DNA from: Octopus sinensis
Lineage: Eukaryota
Length of the DNA stretch: 64,000 nucleotides
Assembly: GCF_006345805.1 (NCBI RefSeq)
Contig: NC_042998.1
Coordinates: 192,820,001 to 192,884,000 of the forward strand
Direction: 5' to 3'
Shown here piece by piece: positions 1 to 11,079 of the stretch. How positions within the stretch are numbered: the stretch's first letter is position 1; each line of letters starts with the position of its first letter. The notes beneath the pieces are model-generated. The model did no database searches, was not told the origin of the DNA, and was given only the letters and a program-made list of their open reading frames with translations. The position numbers and the translations under genes were made by a program.

Positions 1-378
1 TATATATATAGGTACATCTATCTATATATCTATATATATATATATATACATATGTACCTGTTGAAAACGATTTCACCTCGCGAGTAAAAGTTATTTACTT
101 GCTAAACTAAAATCAGAAACCAATTGGTCCAGGAAATTAGATGGTAAAATGTTTTTATTTTATCATTTCGTTCCTGTCGAATTTTATCCCTAATTTTTGT
201 GGTTATAGAACCTAGCTGTTCTTTCTAGCGTGTTTGAATCCCATGAGTGGATTCTTTATGTGTTTATATGCACACTGTATTTTATGACTAATACATAGTC
301 TTTTTTGGACTAAATTTTTACATGCTAATCCACTGAAAGTGAAAATTTCTATTAATTTCCATTTCCCTTTGATATGAT

Positions 379-414
<36 letters not shown>

Positions 415-964
415 CATACACGTGTGTGTGTGTGTGTACGCATGCACGCTTGTGCGCACGTTATGAATTTGTATATATGAACACGTCTCCCTCAGCGGGC
501 TCGTTGAGGCAAACTAACTTTCTTCTGCTGTTGGTTCTAAACAAAATATTCCTATGCCAGCGTCGACGAGATTGTTAGCTTGATTTGTGTCTTCTTTGTG
601 AAGTCTGTTTACTTCTTGTCGAATCAATTCGCCATCAGATTAGTTAAACTTTCGGTGTTTAGCATTTACAGGGTTTATATATGGCGACGGATTAGAAAAC
701 TCCGTTTCACGATCGATTTTTAATGAAGCCAAATTACAGACCTTTAATTCCTCTAGGAGTTTAGTATCACGAAGATTTTTGCCTTGAGGCCTAGCTCACA
801 ATATTTCTTGATCAGCGTAGTCAATTTCACTGAAAATATCGATATCCTATTCGTATAGCTATTATTCGACTAACTTCCAAAACCTTCTGTGACAACAAAT
901 CCTTTTAGTGTCGCTCTGCAAATTGTTAAGTCAATGATAGCCTGCTTTCTTTTAAAGTAGACGG

Positions 965-1010
<46 letters not shown>

Positions 1011-1011
1011 G

Positions 1012-1310
1012 TAGGGAGAATTCACGAAAAAAAACAAAAGACAAAGACAGGTGGTGTAGAAAACAAACAGATGTATTAGTATAACGCTCAGGAATAGAAA
1101 AAATCTTTTACGTTTCGAGCCTACGCTCTTCTACAGAAAAAGCAAGGAGAGAAAAAAATGTGTGTAGTGGCTAGCGATCTATAATGGCGACTTCCGGACA
1201 GAAGGGTCACACAGGAGAGCGAAGAAAGTTGGGGAGATAACAAAGTAAAGATGACCCCCAACACGAAGGTGCGTGTGTGTATAAGAGATAACTATGTATT
1301 TATATATATA
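1012..1310 (-). mobile_element. Short non-autonomous PLE-associated repeat carrying an HHR-like motif (copy 1 of 3)
   Basis: Shares ...CTGTAGAAGAGCGTAGGCTCGAAACGTAAAAGA...TTCCTGAGCGTTATACTAATACATCTGTTTGTTTT...CTCCCTA with 15515-15690 (+) and 53381-53582 (-); abuts (TA)n. Confidence 0.7.
1104..1140 (-). ncRNA. Minimal type I hammerhead-like motif, core variant CUGUAGA(A)
   Basis: Minus strand UUUU CUGUAGAA GAGC-GUAG-GCUC GAAA CGUA|AAAGA; helix II 4 bp, palindromic helix III (ACGU); A6 replaced by U. Confidence 0.45.
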
Positions 1311-1361
1311 TGAAATATTGAATTTCTAAATCTCTCGTAGAGACATGTACGGTGGTGGGGC

Positions 1362-1632
1362 GATAGAATGGTTGTATACTGTCAATCTAACAAGAACGTG
1401 ACAGTAGGGGGTACACCACCGTTGTATAGCCCTAGGACAATGATCCTGAAACACGGTGTCCCTAGATGCAGTTCCGACGGCCGGGGGTGTTTGTCTCCCC
1501 TTCGTATATGTATATAAGGACACAGGGAAAAAATGTGTCGAAGCTGTCAGGAGGCGTTCGATGCCTCCTAGGGCTATACAACGGTGGTGTACCCCCTATT
1601 GTCACGTTCTTGTTAGATTGACAGTATACAAC

Positions 1633-1641
<9 letters not shown>
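1362..1641. mobile_element. PLE pseudo-LTR-like element with about 75-bp inverted arms and an HHR relic
   Basis: 1362-1437 is the reverse complement of 1566-1641 (1 mismatch seen); 1432-1637 matches 14427-14630; internal TATATAAGG box; relic CTAGG...TGAAACAC-G-GTGTC|CCTAG. Confidence 0.65.
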
Positions 1642-1693
<52 letters not shown>

Positions 1694-3039
1694 AGCAGGG
1701 CCAACAATAAACATTTGGAAAAATTTCCTAATTTCCTAAGGCACTAAAATCTGGGGACGTTGTCGAAAATTCTAAAGAACTTATACAAAATGTCTTAAAT
1801 CCTACTAAAATCACGAAATTGTTGCTATAAAGAAACTAGGATAAGTCACTGCCAGAACAGAGGAGGATGGAGGACATAGAGTTGGGGCTGGTGTTCTGGC
1901 TTTTCACATAATTTGGCATGAAACATTAAAATGCTGCCAATTAACAGATTTTCTTGTTGATAAGCATAATTATAATATTATAGATTTCTTGTGCGCAAAT
2001 TAATTATGATTTTCTAACTGAATTTTTTTCGGTTGTGTAAAGAGGGTGATGACTGAAGAAATCTCTGCAAGAAATTATCAAAAGGAGTGTATAATGTAAG
2101 GATAGGAAAATGGGACACATTTTGTAAGGATGTGAAAAGTTGAGATTATTGGGTCAGGAGAAGGGGGTGCACAGTATTTTAGAACTAGAAGGGGCTCGCA
2201 TTGTAGGGCAGGGGAAAAGGTCCGCACATTGTAGGACTGGCCTAGGGCTCAGAGTATCTTGGCATTGGCCCTAAGAAAAATGCAAACTTTCGAATTTCTG
2301 TATCGACATCAGAAATTTTATTCTTGCTGACGTAAACTGTATGTTCACCTCATAAGAATTTATAAAATTTTACACCTTTGACTTTTTCTACCCATTGGGG
2401 TTTTCGCCCTAACATTTACATGGTATTATTTATAGCTTTATATGCTGCGAAATCTACTGTTCAAAATAAAATAAAATACAAAAAAAAAAAATTATAATAA
2501 TCGTAATTTTTCTTGCAATGTAGAATCTGTGCCTAAATAAATTCTCTCGAGATTTCCATTCTGCCTGTCTGCGCTCTGTTGCTTCTTTGCAAAGCGTTGT
2601 TATTATCACTCATTGAAACATTATCAATAGTCTCTCAGTATCAAAGTCTGTCAGATTATGTTCAGGGAATTAGAACTTCGCAGCATTTTGGGAGGTGATC
2701 TGAAATCGAATTTCCATCAACACGTGCTTCGTGCATTAACAATTATATTCCCCTGATTGAATTGTATATGTTTGATCAAGATGGTAGGAAATACATTGAT
2801 GTTCAATTTTCCATTTTCTTTTCTTTTTTTTTTTTCATTTTTGTCTCCTTGGCCGTGGAGGTATTTTTGAGTAGGATTTTGAATAGCTGACCACAAGGTT
2901 GCATCATTAGTATATGCTTCCTCTAAATACAAGAAATAGTCAATCTTGAATACTAGAATTAGCTATAAGGCATATAAATATCAATTTTATATGCCTTATT
3001 AGCTATAAGTTCTACCCTTGAATATCCACTTATAGTAAA

Positions 3040-3445
3040 CTAGCAGTATAGTTCAGCGTTGCTCGGGTTTGTTTTGTTTTCGACCCTTTAGAATTGGAGT
3101 TTTTTAAAAGTAAAAATTTTGCATTATGTAGCTTGTTATTCTCTTTAAATGAACATTTTTCTGGTTGAAATACATACACCAAAGAGTGGCGATACAGCAG
3201 TTTAAAAACAAATTATAAAAAATAGGCATTTTCATAGAAAAAAAGACCTTTTTTATGTAAATAATTTTTGGTCTTAACATGGTCCGATTTGATTTTTTTC
3301 TTCTACGGAAGGAAGAGCAAGCCTTCTTCTATCATACTTTCAATTTTGGTCAACTTCCGCCGTTGGGTCTCGGAGGAGATAATTTTAGTTGAAGGCTACC
3401 AAACCTGTCACACACACACAGACAACTTCAGCTTCATATATATAG
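3040..3445 (-). mobile_element. Non-autonomous Helitron, family A
   Basis: Minus strand begins CTATATAT(G)AAGCTGAAGTTG and ends CCCGAGCAACGCTGAAC-TATACTG-CTAG; same family as 47867-48264 and 52241-52628. Confidence 0.75.
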
Positions 3446-3662
3446 TTGTATGTGCATTTGTGTACTGTGATGCGTGAATGTATTAATTTTACAGAAAAAT
3501 ATCTTGAATAGTTTAGCTGTCCAAAGGACAATAAAGCGTGAAAAAATGAATGACCACAATCATTTAAATGAATATTAAACATGCGATTGCATTCCGCCTT
3601 CCATTCATTTTTTAATGTCTCTCTTTTCTATGTACATATGTATATTTTACATTTCATTCATT

Positions 3663-4045
3663 GGAAGCACTCCGTCGGTTACGACGACGAGGGTTCCGGT
3701 TGATCCGATCAACGGAACAGCCTGCTCGTGAAATTAACGTGTAAGTGGCTGAGCACTCCACAGACACGTGTACCCTTAACGTAGTTCTCAGGGATATTCA
3801 GCGTGACACAGAGAGTGACAAGGCCGGCCCTTTGAAATACAGGTACAACAGAAACAGGAAGTAAGAGTGAGAGAAAGTTGTGGTGAAAGAGTACAGCAGG
3901 GATCACCACCATCCCCTGCCGGAGCCTCGTGGAGCTTTTTATGTGTTTTCGTTCAATAAACACTCACAACGCCCGGTCTGGGAATCGAAACCGCGATCCT
4001 ATGACCGCGAGTCCGCTGCCCTAACCACTGGGCCATTGCGCCTCC
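3663..4045 (-). mobile_element. tRNA-derived SINE, family 1 (OR-like, tail ending GGAGTGCTTCCA)
   Basis: Head GGAGGCGCAATGGCCCAGTGGTTAGG (A box) ... GGTTTCGATTCC (B box); near-identical to 4357-4734, 10700-11079 and 38264-38651. Confidence 0.9.
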
Positions 4046-4356
4046 ACACTATCGTATGTGTAGTTAGTTACACACGTGATAGGTTTTAATGACACCACTC
4101 AAGAATGTAAAGCAGTTTGAAGATCTGGACACTTAATTATTAAGAGAAGTTGTGTTGTCTATTGCTACATCACTCTCATCATAAATCAGGAAAAATATTA
4201 CCGTTTTAATTCGATTTTTAAGAAACAACACATTTTCTTTTTCTTCTCATTTTTATTCATCTTTTTATTTATTTATTTATTAAATTCCATGCAAATCGAA
4301 ATTGATTGTTTCCTACATAAATTGCAATGAGGTTTGATGATACATATCTGCATTGT

Positions 4357-4734
4357 GGAGGTGCAATGGCCCTGTGGTTAGGGCAGCGGACTCGCGGTCA
4401 TAGGATCGCGGTTTCGATTCCCAGACCGGGCGTTGTGTGTGTTTATTGAGTGAAAACACCTAAAAGCTCCACGAGGCTCCGGCAGGGGATGGTGGTGATC
4501 CCTGCTGTACTCTTTCACCACAACTTTCTCTCACTCTTACTTCCTGTTTCTGTTGTACCTGTATTTCAAAGGGCCGGCCTTGTCACTCTCCGTGTCACGC
4601 TGAATATCTCCGTTAAGGGTACACGTGTCTGTGGAGTGCTCAGCCACTTACACGTTAATTTCACGAGCAGGCTGTTCCGTTGATTCGGATCAACCGGAAC
4701 CCTCGTCGTCGTAACCGACGGAGTGCTTCCATCC
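4357..4734 (+). mobile_element. tRNA-derived SINE, family 1
   Basis: Full head to tail; 11-bp TSD ATCTGCATTGT (4346-4356 and 4735-4745). Confidence 0.92.
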
Positions 4735-4789
4735 ATCTGCATTGTGAACAGGAAAGTGTAAAGTTTATTTCATTGATTACCGTTATGTT

Positions 4790-4822
<33 letters not shown>

Positions 4823-5266
4823 CTCACACGTTGATTCCAAGTCTGTGCATTAGTTTTGTCTTCGTGGGGGCATGAATGTCACAGCTTCTTGGTAAGTCCA
4901 CGAAAACAGTTGTCCTCTACACTATTAACTGCACTAGAAATTTTCTGGCTCATTTATTGCCTATTGTAATGGAATTTTAAAGATTATGTGATGTGGAAGA
5001 ATTAATTTCAAACTTATTTATTTCTCATTTAGAAAAATGGCTTCTGTCAATACAATATCTCATTACTCATTTATTATCTGATTAATTTTATGTGTACCCA
5101 TGTGTAGCAAACAACGTAGTGCAAGAGTTGAACTGGTAGTAATTTGTGACTGGGATACGGTTTCAATCTCACGTGAAGCCAAAAGAATTACAGTTACATT
5201 TTCAGCCCTCTCTTCTAAAATACAGAGTTTAATTAATAATGTCAAATATTATTAAATTCTATTTTT

Positions 5267-5678
5267 GGATCTTTTCGGTTTGAACGGCAGTTTTTTCTAG
5301 CGGTGTCATATGAAATTGTCACCCATAATTATGACCCTAGTATCGATCTATTGCATTTCAATCTGTTTTAGGGTTAGGGTTGGTTAGGGGTGGGGGAAGG
5401 GTATCTTTTTTCTTCACAAATGTAAATTAAACCAATCCGTTTCTTAAAGGAGAGACATATTCATACGGCACAGAATGTTTTTTTACCTCATTAGACGTCA
5501 TTGATTGGTTGAAATTGAAGAAAAAAAACAACAAATATCTTACAAACTACAGAATGTTCTCAATAAAGCCAAGAGAAAAAGATGTTTTATAAACACGTCC
5601 TACCAGTATACGAAGTTTAAAAGTTTTTTAGTTACCTAGAAATTATGTTAAAAACTGCCGTTCAAACCGAAAAGATCC
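5267..5678 (+). mobile_element. MITE with GGATCTTTTCGGTTTGAACGGCAG TIRs and 8-bp TSD (Merlin-like)
   Basis: TIRs at both ends; TSD CTATTTTT at 5259-5266 and 5679-5686; four copies in the window. GG termini plus 8-bp TSD fit the Merlin superfamily (inference). Confidence 0.85.
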
Positions 5679-5738
5679 CTATTTTTCGTCTCCCTAAAAT
5701 TTATTAATGACAGATATATAACGCTATCTCTCCCCTTC

Positions 5739-5786
<48 letters not shown>

Positions 5787-5787
5787 A

Positions 5788-5826
<39 letters not shown>

Positions 5827-5880
5827 ATATAGATAAATGAAAGAATGGAGTCGAACGACGATTTAACAAAATTCCTTTAT

Positions 5881-5961
5881 TCTCGACATATGTTTCGAAG
5901 ACTGCATATTCTTAATTCCGAAGGAATAAAGGGTGCATTATGCCGTCTTCTCATCAGGAAA
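5881..5961 (-). ncRNA. Type I hammerhead ribozyme with canonical core and extended helix II
   Basis: UUUC CUGAUGA GAAGAC[...]GUCUUC GAA ACAUAUGU C|GAGA; all core positions canonical; palindromic helix III; AAUAAA immediately after the cut; lies in a roughly 300-bp element (5825-6140) between (TA)n runs. Confidence 0.8.
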
Positions 5962-6140
5962 GACAAGGAACTTATGTCAGCATCATGACGAACAAAAACT
6001 TTTAGATGACTGCCCACACGGAGTCCATAGTGATAATGTAGCTTCAACCGTGCTTTCTGACGAAAATTTGCTACCCGGGTGTATCGGTTAACCGAATTAT
6101 CCATACTAGGATAATTCATTCAACTACTTAAATATATGCA

Positions 6141-6183
<43 letters not shown>

Positions 6184-6319
6184 ATATATATATTGCTTAC
6201 ACAGCAAAGTATTTGAGACTCCTCTCATTCCTTCTCGTTTGTGTTGTGTAGTATTCAAGCCACTAGTTTGATGTTTCTGTAATATGCAATACAGGCTGCA
6301 AATATTGCTCATGTTGGGC

Positions 6320-6580
6320 CAATTCAATTCAATTCAATTTTTATTGGCTCAAAAAGCAAAATCAAGGCCATTTAGGGAACAGGGAGTTATGTACAGGAAG
6401 GGTGGTCATACAAAGAGTTCAGGTCATTTCTGGTCAAGAGAGACTTTGAACCGAGCGGTCGTCCGGCATCTTCACTATCTCGTCCGGCAGCTTATTCTAC
6501 GGATCCGCAACCCGGACGGAGAAAGCCCCCTCTCCTTCGATTGAGATGAAATCGTCGTAGATAGAGCTTTTCGGAGTCAG
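6320..6580 (-). mobile_element. 3' end of a CR1-type LINE with (AATTG)n tail
   Basis: Minus strand translates ...RRFHLNRRRGAFSVRVADP*NKLPDEIVKMP..., typical of the CR1-group ORF2 C-terminus; followed by AATAAA and (AATTG)3. Confidence 0.75.
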
Positions 6581-6662
6581 TAATCAGTTCTAATTTCTCA
6601 CTGGTTCACAGAGAACTTGAAAATATTCTTGTGTGGGAAAATCTCGAAATATTTCCAAAACG

Positions 6663-7076
6663 TTTTACTCTTTTACTCTTTTACTTGTTTAAGTCATTTG
6701 ACTGTGGCCATGCTGGAGCACCGCCTTTAATCGAGCATATCGACCCCGGGACTTATTCTTTGTAAGCCCAGTACTTATTCTATCGGTCTCTTTTGCCGAA
6801 CCGCTAGGTGACGAGGACATAAACACAACAGCATCGGCTGTCAAGCAATGCTAGGGAGACAAACACAGACATACAAATGCATACACACATACACACATAT
6901 ATATATACATATATACGACAGGCTTCTTTCAGTTTCCGTCTACCAAATCCACTCACAAGGCATTAGTCGGCCCGGGGCTATAGCAGAAGACACTTGCCCA
7001 AGATGTCACGCAGTGGGACTGAACCCAGAACCACGTGGTTGGTTAGCAAGCTATTTACCACACAGCCACTCCTGCG
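6663..7076 (-). mobile_element. tRNA-derived CORE-type SINE, family 2 (internal TA/TG microsatellite, (TAAAAGAG)n tail)
   Basis: Head GGAGTGGCTGTGTGGTAA...GGGTTCAGTCCC, CORE-like CTTGGGCAAGTGTCTT, tail ...CTGAAACAAGTAAAAGAG. Confidence 0.88.
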
Positions 7077-8291
7077 TTTGTTTACATTATTTACATTTGA
7101 CAGATCTTGTAAATAATGTACATAATTCCTCATCTCTTAAATATAGAACTGAAAAGTTTGTTGTTAAGTCATTGTCATTGAAGGTGTCTGTAAACAATAC
7201 AGCGACCTCGTTTTGCTTTGTGCGGTGTGTGGACTAGTCTATATTTCGCTTACTTACGAAACATTGATTGAAAGTCTGTGAGACCGTTAATACTTTTCAA
7301 TTCCTTATATTCTATTTCTAACCGCATGGCTACGAAGCGGACTTATTCGAGAATTCTTTTCTTTTTTTTTTTGTTGCATTATTTCCATAATAAGCAAGAA
7401 CAAAGGTTATCAACAGCATTGGCGGATGATACAGTTGACTGAACCTAACCAACCTACAGTTTACGGTTTAAAAAAACGTTGATTCTGTCCCTATAAAATT
7501 TCCAGTTTGACTTGATGCTGTCCACCTCAAATGCATCACCCTTTTAAGTGCCATGTGAAATCATCTTTGTTGATAGACTTTCAAATTAGAATTAAAAAGT
7601 AATCTGGTGCCATACTGTTTTAATCCTACAAAAGAGGACTTATAATCCATCTTTCGTAGATTAATTAAATAAGTACCATTAGCGGCCAGATTCAGCGAAC
7701 ATTTGCATATAAATTTTGTTGGTTGCTATTAAGCGTTCACTGTCAATATATCTACTTGACCGAAGTTTTTGACATAGTTGACAATGACAGTTATAATACT
7801 GTAATAAAGTATACTAAATATTGGAGAAATAGAAGAGAGGGATATAGACGGCTGACTGATTCAGGCTTTATGCATATAATAAAGAACAATAGACGACTGA
7901 CTGATCTAATACGTTATTGCTTTGTTGATCCACTTAATGCTTTTTTTTCTGTATTTGACTGTTCAACCTGGCTCAAACTAAAATGGAGTCACTCCATTTC
8001 AGTTTGATTATTTTGTACCATTTTGTGCTGTGATTACCGTCTCAGTTTTATCTGAGTGATATATGATGTAAAATAGCTTTTAGTAATCCTGTATTAGGCC
8101 ATTAACGGCTTTATTTCTGTCATAGATAGCGGAGAATCTTCCAGAATTAGAAAATCGTGAGACATTCATTGAACGAGAGCGGCTAAAGAATTTTCTGTAA
8201 AGAAGGCAACCTATTTTGTACAGTGTGTAGCTTTAATTACCTTTCGTTTTCATACGAAACGATTGTTTAAAATCTGAATGAGCTGGTCGCA

Positions 8292-8399
8292 CAGTTTCCG
8301 TCTTCCAAATTCACTCACATGGTGTTGTTCATCCCGGGGCATTTGCTCGAGATGCCGCACAGTGGGACGGAACCTTAACTACACAGCCACACCTGCGCC
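8292..8399 (-). mobile_element. Degenerate fragment of family 2 SINE
   Basis: CAGTTTCCGTCTTCCAAATTCACTCAC...CAGCCACACCTGCGCC matches the family 2 5' half with deletions. Confidence 0.6.
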
Positions 8400-8482
8400 T
8401 GTCTGTGATTTTATTCTAAGTATATTTAACCTTCCTTTGTTTAAAATGTCATAAATAGTAAAGGAGAATACCCATTTATTTA

Positions 8483-8739
8483 CTGGCCTTGTCTGTCCCT
8501 TCTGTGTTTAGCCCCTTGTTTTTACAAGGGACTAAACACAGAATGGACAAACAAGGCCAGAAAAACGATTAAGTCGATTATATCGACTCCAGTGCGTAAC
8601 TGGTACTTAATTTATCGACCCCGAAAGGATGAAAGGTAAAGTCGACCTCGGCGGAATTTGAACTCAGAACGTAACGGCAGACGAAATACGGCTATGCATT
8701 TCGCCCGGCGCGCTAACGTTTCTGCCAGCTCGCCGCCTT
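8483..8739 (-). mobile_element. tRNA-derived SINE, family 3 (GCCTTTCATCCTTTCGGGGTCGATAAA central domain) with a 3' fold-back
   Basis: Head GGCGGCGAGCTGGCAGAAACGTTAG; about 22-bp TSD ATAAATAGTAAAG(G/A)AGAATACC at 8451 and 8741; terminal 37-bp inverted duplication. Confidence 0.88.
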
Positions 8740-9447
8740 AATAAATAGTAAAGAAGAATACCAATCAGCCGAATGAATACTTACATCAGGTTTACGAATT
8801 CATTCCTGCTTTCTTTTGGTTTCATGGCATTTCATATATTTTAGATTCATTTACGTTTAGGAAAATACTAAGTATTTATTTGCAATTAAGGTATCGCTTT
8901 ATGTTGAGGAAGTTCACTTCGAAGTCACATTGTTTCTGATTCGAACCCACTCTACAACACATTGGGCAAGTGTATAATATTTCCAGCATAAACTAAACTG
9001 CAGGCCCCGAGGAAGGTTTGCGTCCATAATTAGTTAGTATAACTGTTCAAAAGTGGGGCTAATTTACTTGCGGTGAGGAAGAGACGTCTAACATTTCGGA
9101 CAGCTTCCATAGTCTCAAGTCGACCAATGCCTTGAAGGTAGAAGAAAACTATGCAGAAGATCGTTGTATTAGTTCTGGTGGTTTGGTGCCTCATAAGCAT
9201 CTGTAGCTATTTTGTTGTGTCACTGAATAGATGGACTGACAACCTAAAAAGAGGTTACTGCTCCTTTTAAAAAGACAACGTCCCACAAACAATTAACGCA
9301 ACAGAATCTCGAGATACACAAGACTTGGTACTGTTTCCACATTTAAAGTTCAATACACTTGACCATTGAAAGCAGGTTTTACTTTATCATTGGTAGTAGT
9401 CTATTCTACTAATAATTATCTATCTACTATATCTATCTATCTATCCA

Positions 9448-9624
9448 CTTTCGTCTGTCGTTACGTTCTGAGTTCAAATTCTGCCGAGGTCGACTTTGCC
9501 TTTTATTCTTTCGGGGTCGATAAAGTACCAGTTTCGCACTGGGGTCGATGTAATCGACTTAATCCCTTTGTCTGTCCTTGTTTGTCCACTCTATGTTTAG
9601 CCCCTTGTGGGCAGTAAAGAAATA
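9448..9624 (+). mobile_element. 5'-truncated family 3 SINE
   Basis: TTTCGTCTGTCGTTACGTTCTGAG...GCAGTAAAGAAATA. Confidence 0.85.
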
Positions 9625-9790
9625 TATATCTATCTATCCAGTCGGGCAACTTGCTTGGACCAATGCCTCTCTTCCACGTCAGATGTCCCGATCTTTCATT
9701 GAAGTCTTCTCGATTTGATATCCAATTAAAAAAATTACTATTTGTAAATCTCACGAGAGATATTCAGCAACAGTACTTTCGAGTAAAGAG

Positions 9791-10000
9791 TTTTGCCGAC
9801 ATAACCTGACAGTCCTGTTGCTGTAATTTAGCCCCAGGAGACATAGTCTCCAGCTGGCTATACGATATGATCTGTGTCCCTTGTTCGAAAATATAAGGAC
9901 ACAGATCGTGTCGTATAGCCAGCTGGAGATGATGTCTCCTGGGGCTAAATTACAGCAACATTCGTCCTAAGCCAGGACTGCCGTGTTATGTTGGCAAAAA
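9791..10000. repeat. Fold-back/MITE-like palindrome
   Basis: About 64-bp inner arms 9816-9879 / 9897-9960, plus outer pairings TTTTGCCGACATAAC / GTTATGTTGGCAAAA and CAGTCCTG / CAGGACTG. Confidence 0.8.
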
Positions 10001-10164
10001 TCTTGATATCCAATATCTTGCACAAATTTTCTTGGTTTTCCGATACCTTATCTAAGATATCATATAAAAGAGAAACTTGTTAGTTTAAAATATGAAAGTC
10101 TATTTAATGTTCGAAAGCTCAAGATTTGATTAAAACACTTGAACATTGACGAGCCGGTCATGTA

Positions 10165-10507
10165 AAGGGTAAGGGTAAAGACCCCCTTCGGTCATGAATG
10201 ACCATGGGATTGCACCTAGAAAGTTACCCTCCTAGAAACAAGTCTGGGCAAGGTTGTTTTATGGAAGACCAGCAGTCGCCCATGCATACCAGCCTCCCCT
10301 CTCCACACCACCAGTGTTATCCAAGGGAAAGACAAAGGTCGATACAGCTTGGCACCAGTGACGTCGCAACTCATTTCTACAGCTGAGTGAACTGGAGCAA
10401 CGTGAAATAAAGTGCCTTGCTCAAGAACACAACACGCAGCCCGGTCCGGGATTCGAGCTCACAACCTCACGATCGTAAGCTCGACGCTCTAACCACTGAG
10501 CCATGCG
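10165..10507 (-). mobile_element. tRNA-derived CORE-like SINE, family 4, (CCCTTA)-type tail
   Basis: Minus head GCGCATGGCTCAGTGGTTAGAGCG...GAGCTCGAATCCC; CTTGAGCAAGGCACTTTA...CAGCTGTAGAAATGAG; 11-bp TSD CCGGTCATGTA (10154-10164 and 10508-10518). Confidence 0.88.
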
Positions 10508-10699
10508 CCGGTCATGTACTTCTTGTGTAATATGTATACCATTTATTATAAACGGTATTTCACGCTCTCAGGTATTTAAGTTAGTGCTAGTTAGATTTAT
10601 CATGACTTAAGTCATCTCGTAATTGGAATCGTTTGTTGTCATTGGGTGTTTATCGACAAAAAGAGACGTCAGTCTTTAAGGTCATTTTATGGAAATAGT

Positions 10700-11079
10700 G
10701 GAAGCACTCCGTCGGTTACGACGACGAGGGTTCCGGTCGATCCGAATCAACGGAACAGCCTGCTCGTGAAATTAACGTGTAAGTGGCTGAGCACTCCACA
10801 GACACGTGTACCCTTAACGTAGTTCTCGGGGATATTCAGCGTGACACAGAGAGTGACAAGGCCGGCCCTTTGAAATACAGGTACAACAGAAACAGGAAGT
10901 AAGAGTGAGAGAAAGTTGTGGTGAAAGAGCACAGCGGGGATCACGACCATCCCCTGCTGGAGCTTCGTGGAGCTTTAGGTGTTTTCGCTCAATAAACACA
11001 ACGCCCGGTCTGGGAATCGAAACCGCGATCCTATGACCGCGAGTCCGCTGCCCTAACCACTGGGCCATTGCGCCTCCAC
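10700..11079 (-). mobile_element. tRNA-derived SINE, family 1
   Basis: Full length; 13-bp TSD TTATGGAAATAGT (10687-10699 and 11080-11092). Confidence 0.92.

Noticed and set aside
3709-4683. Recurrent ORF MVVIPAVLFHHNFLSL... (also at 10747 and 38315)
   Set aside because: Falls inside a non-coding tRNA-SINE; recurrence reflects SINE copy number.
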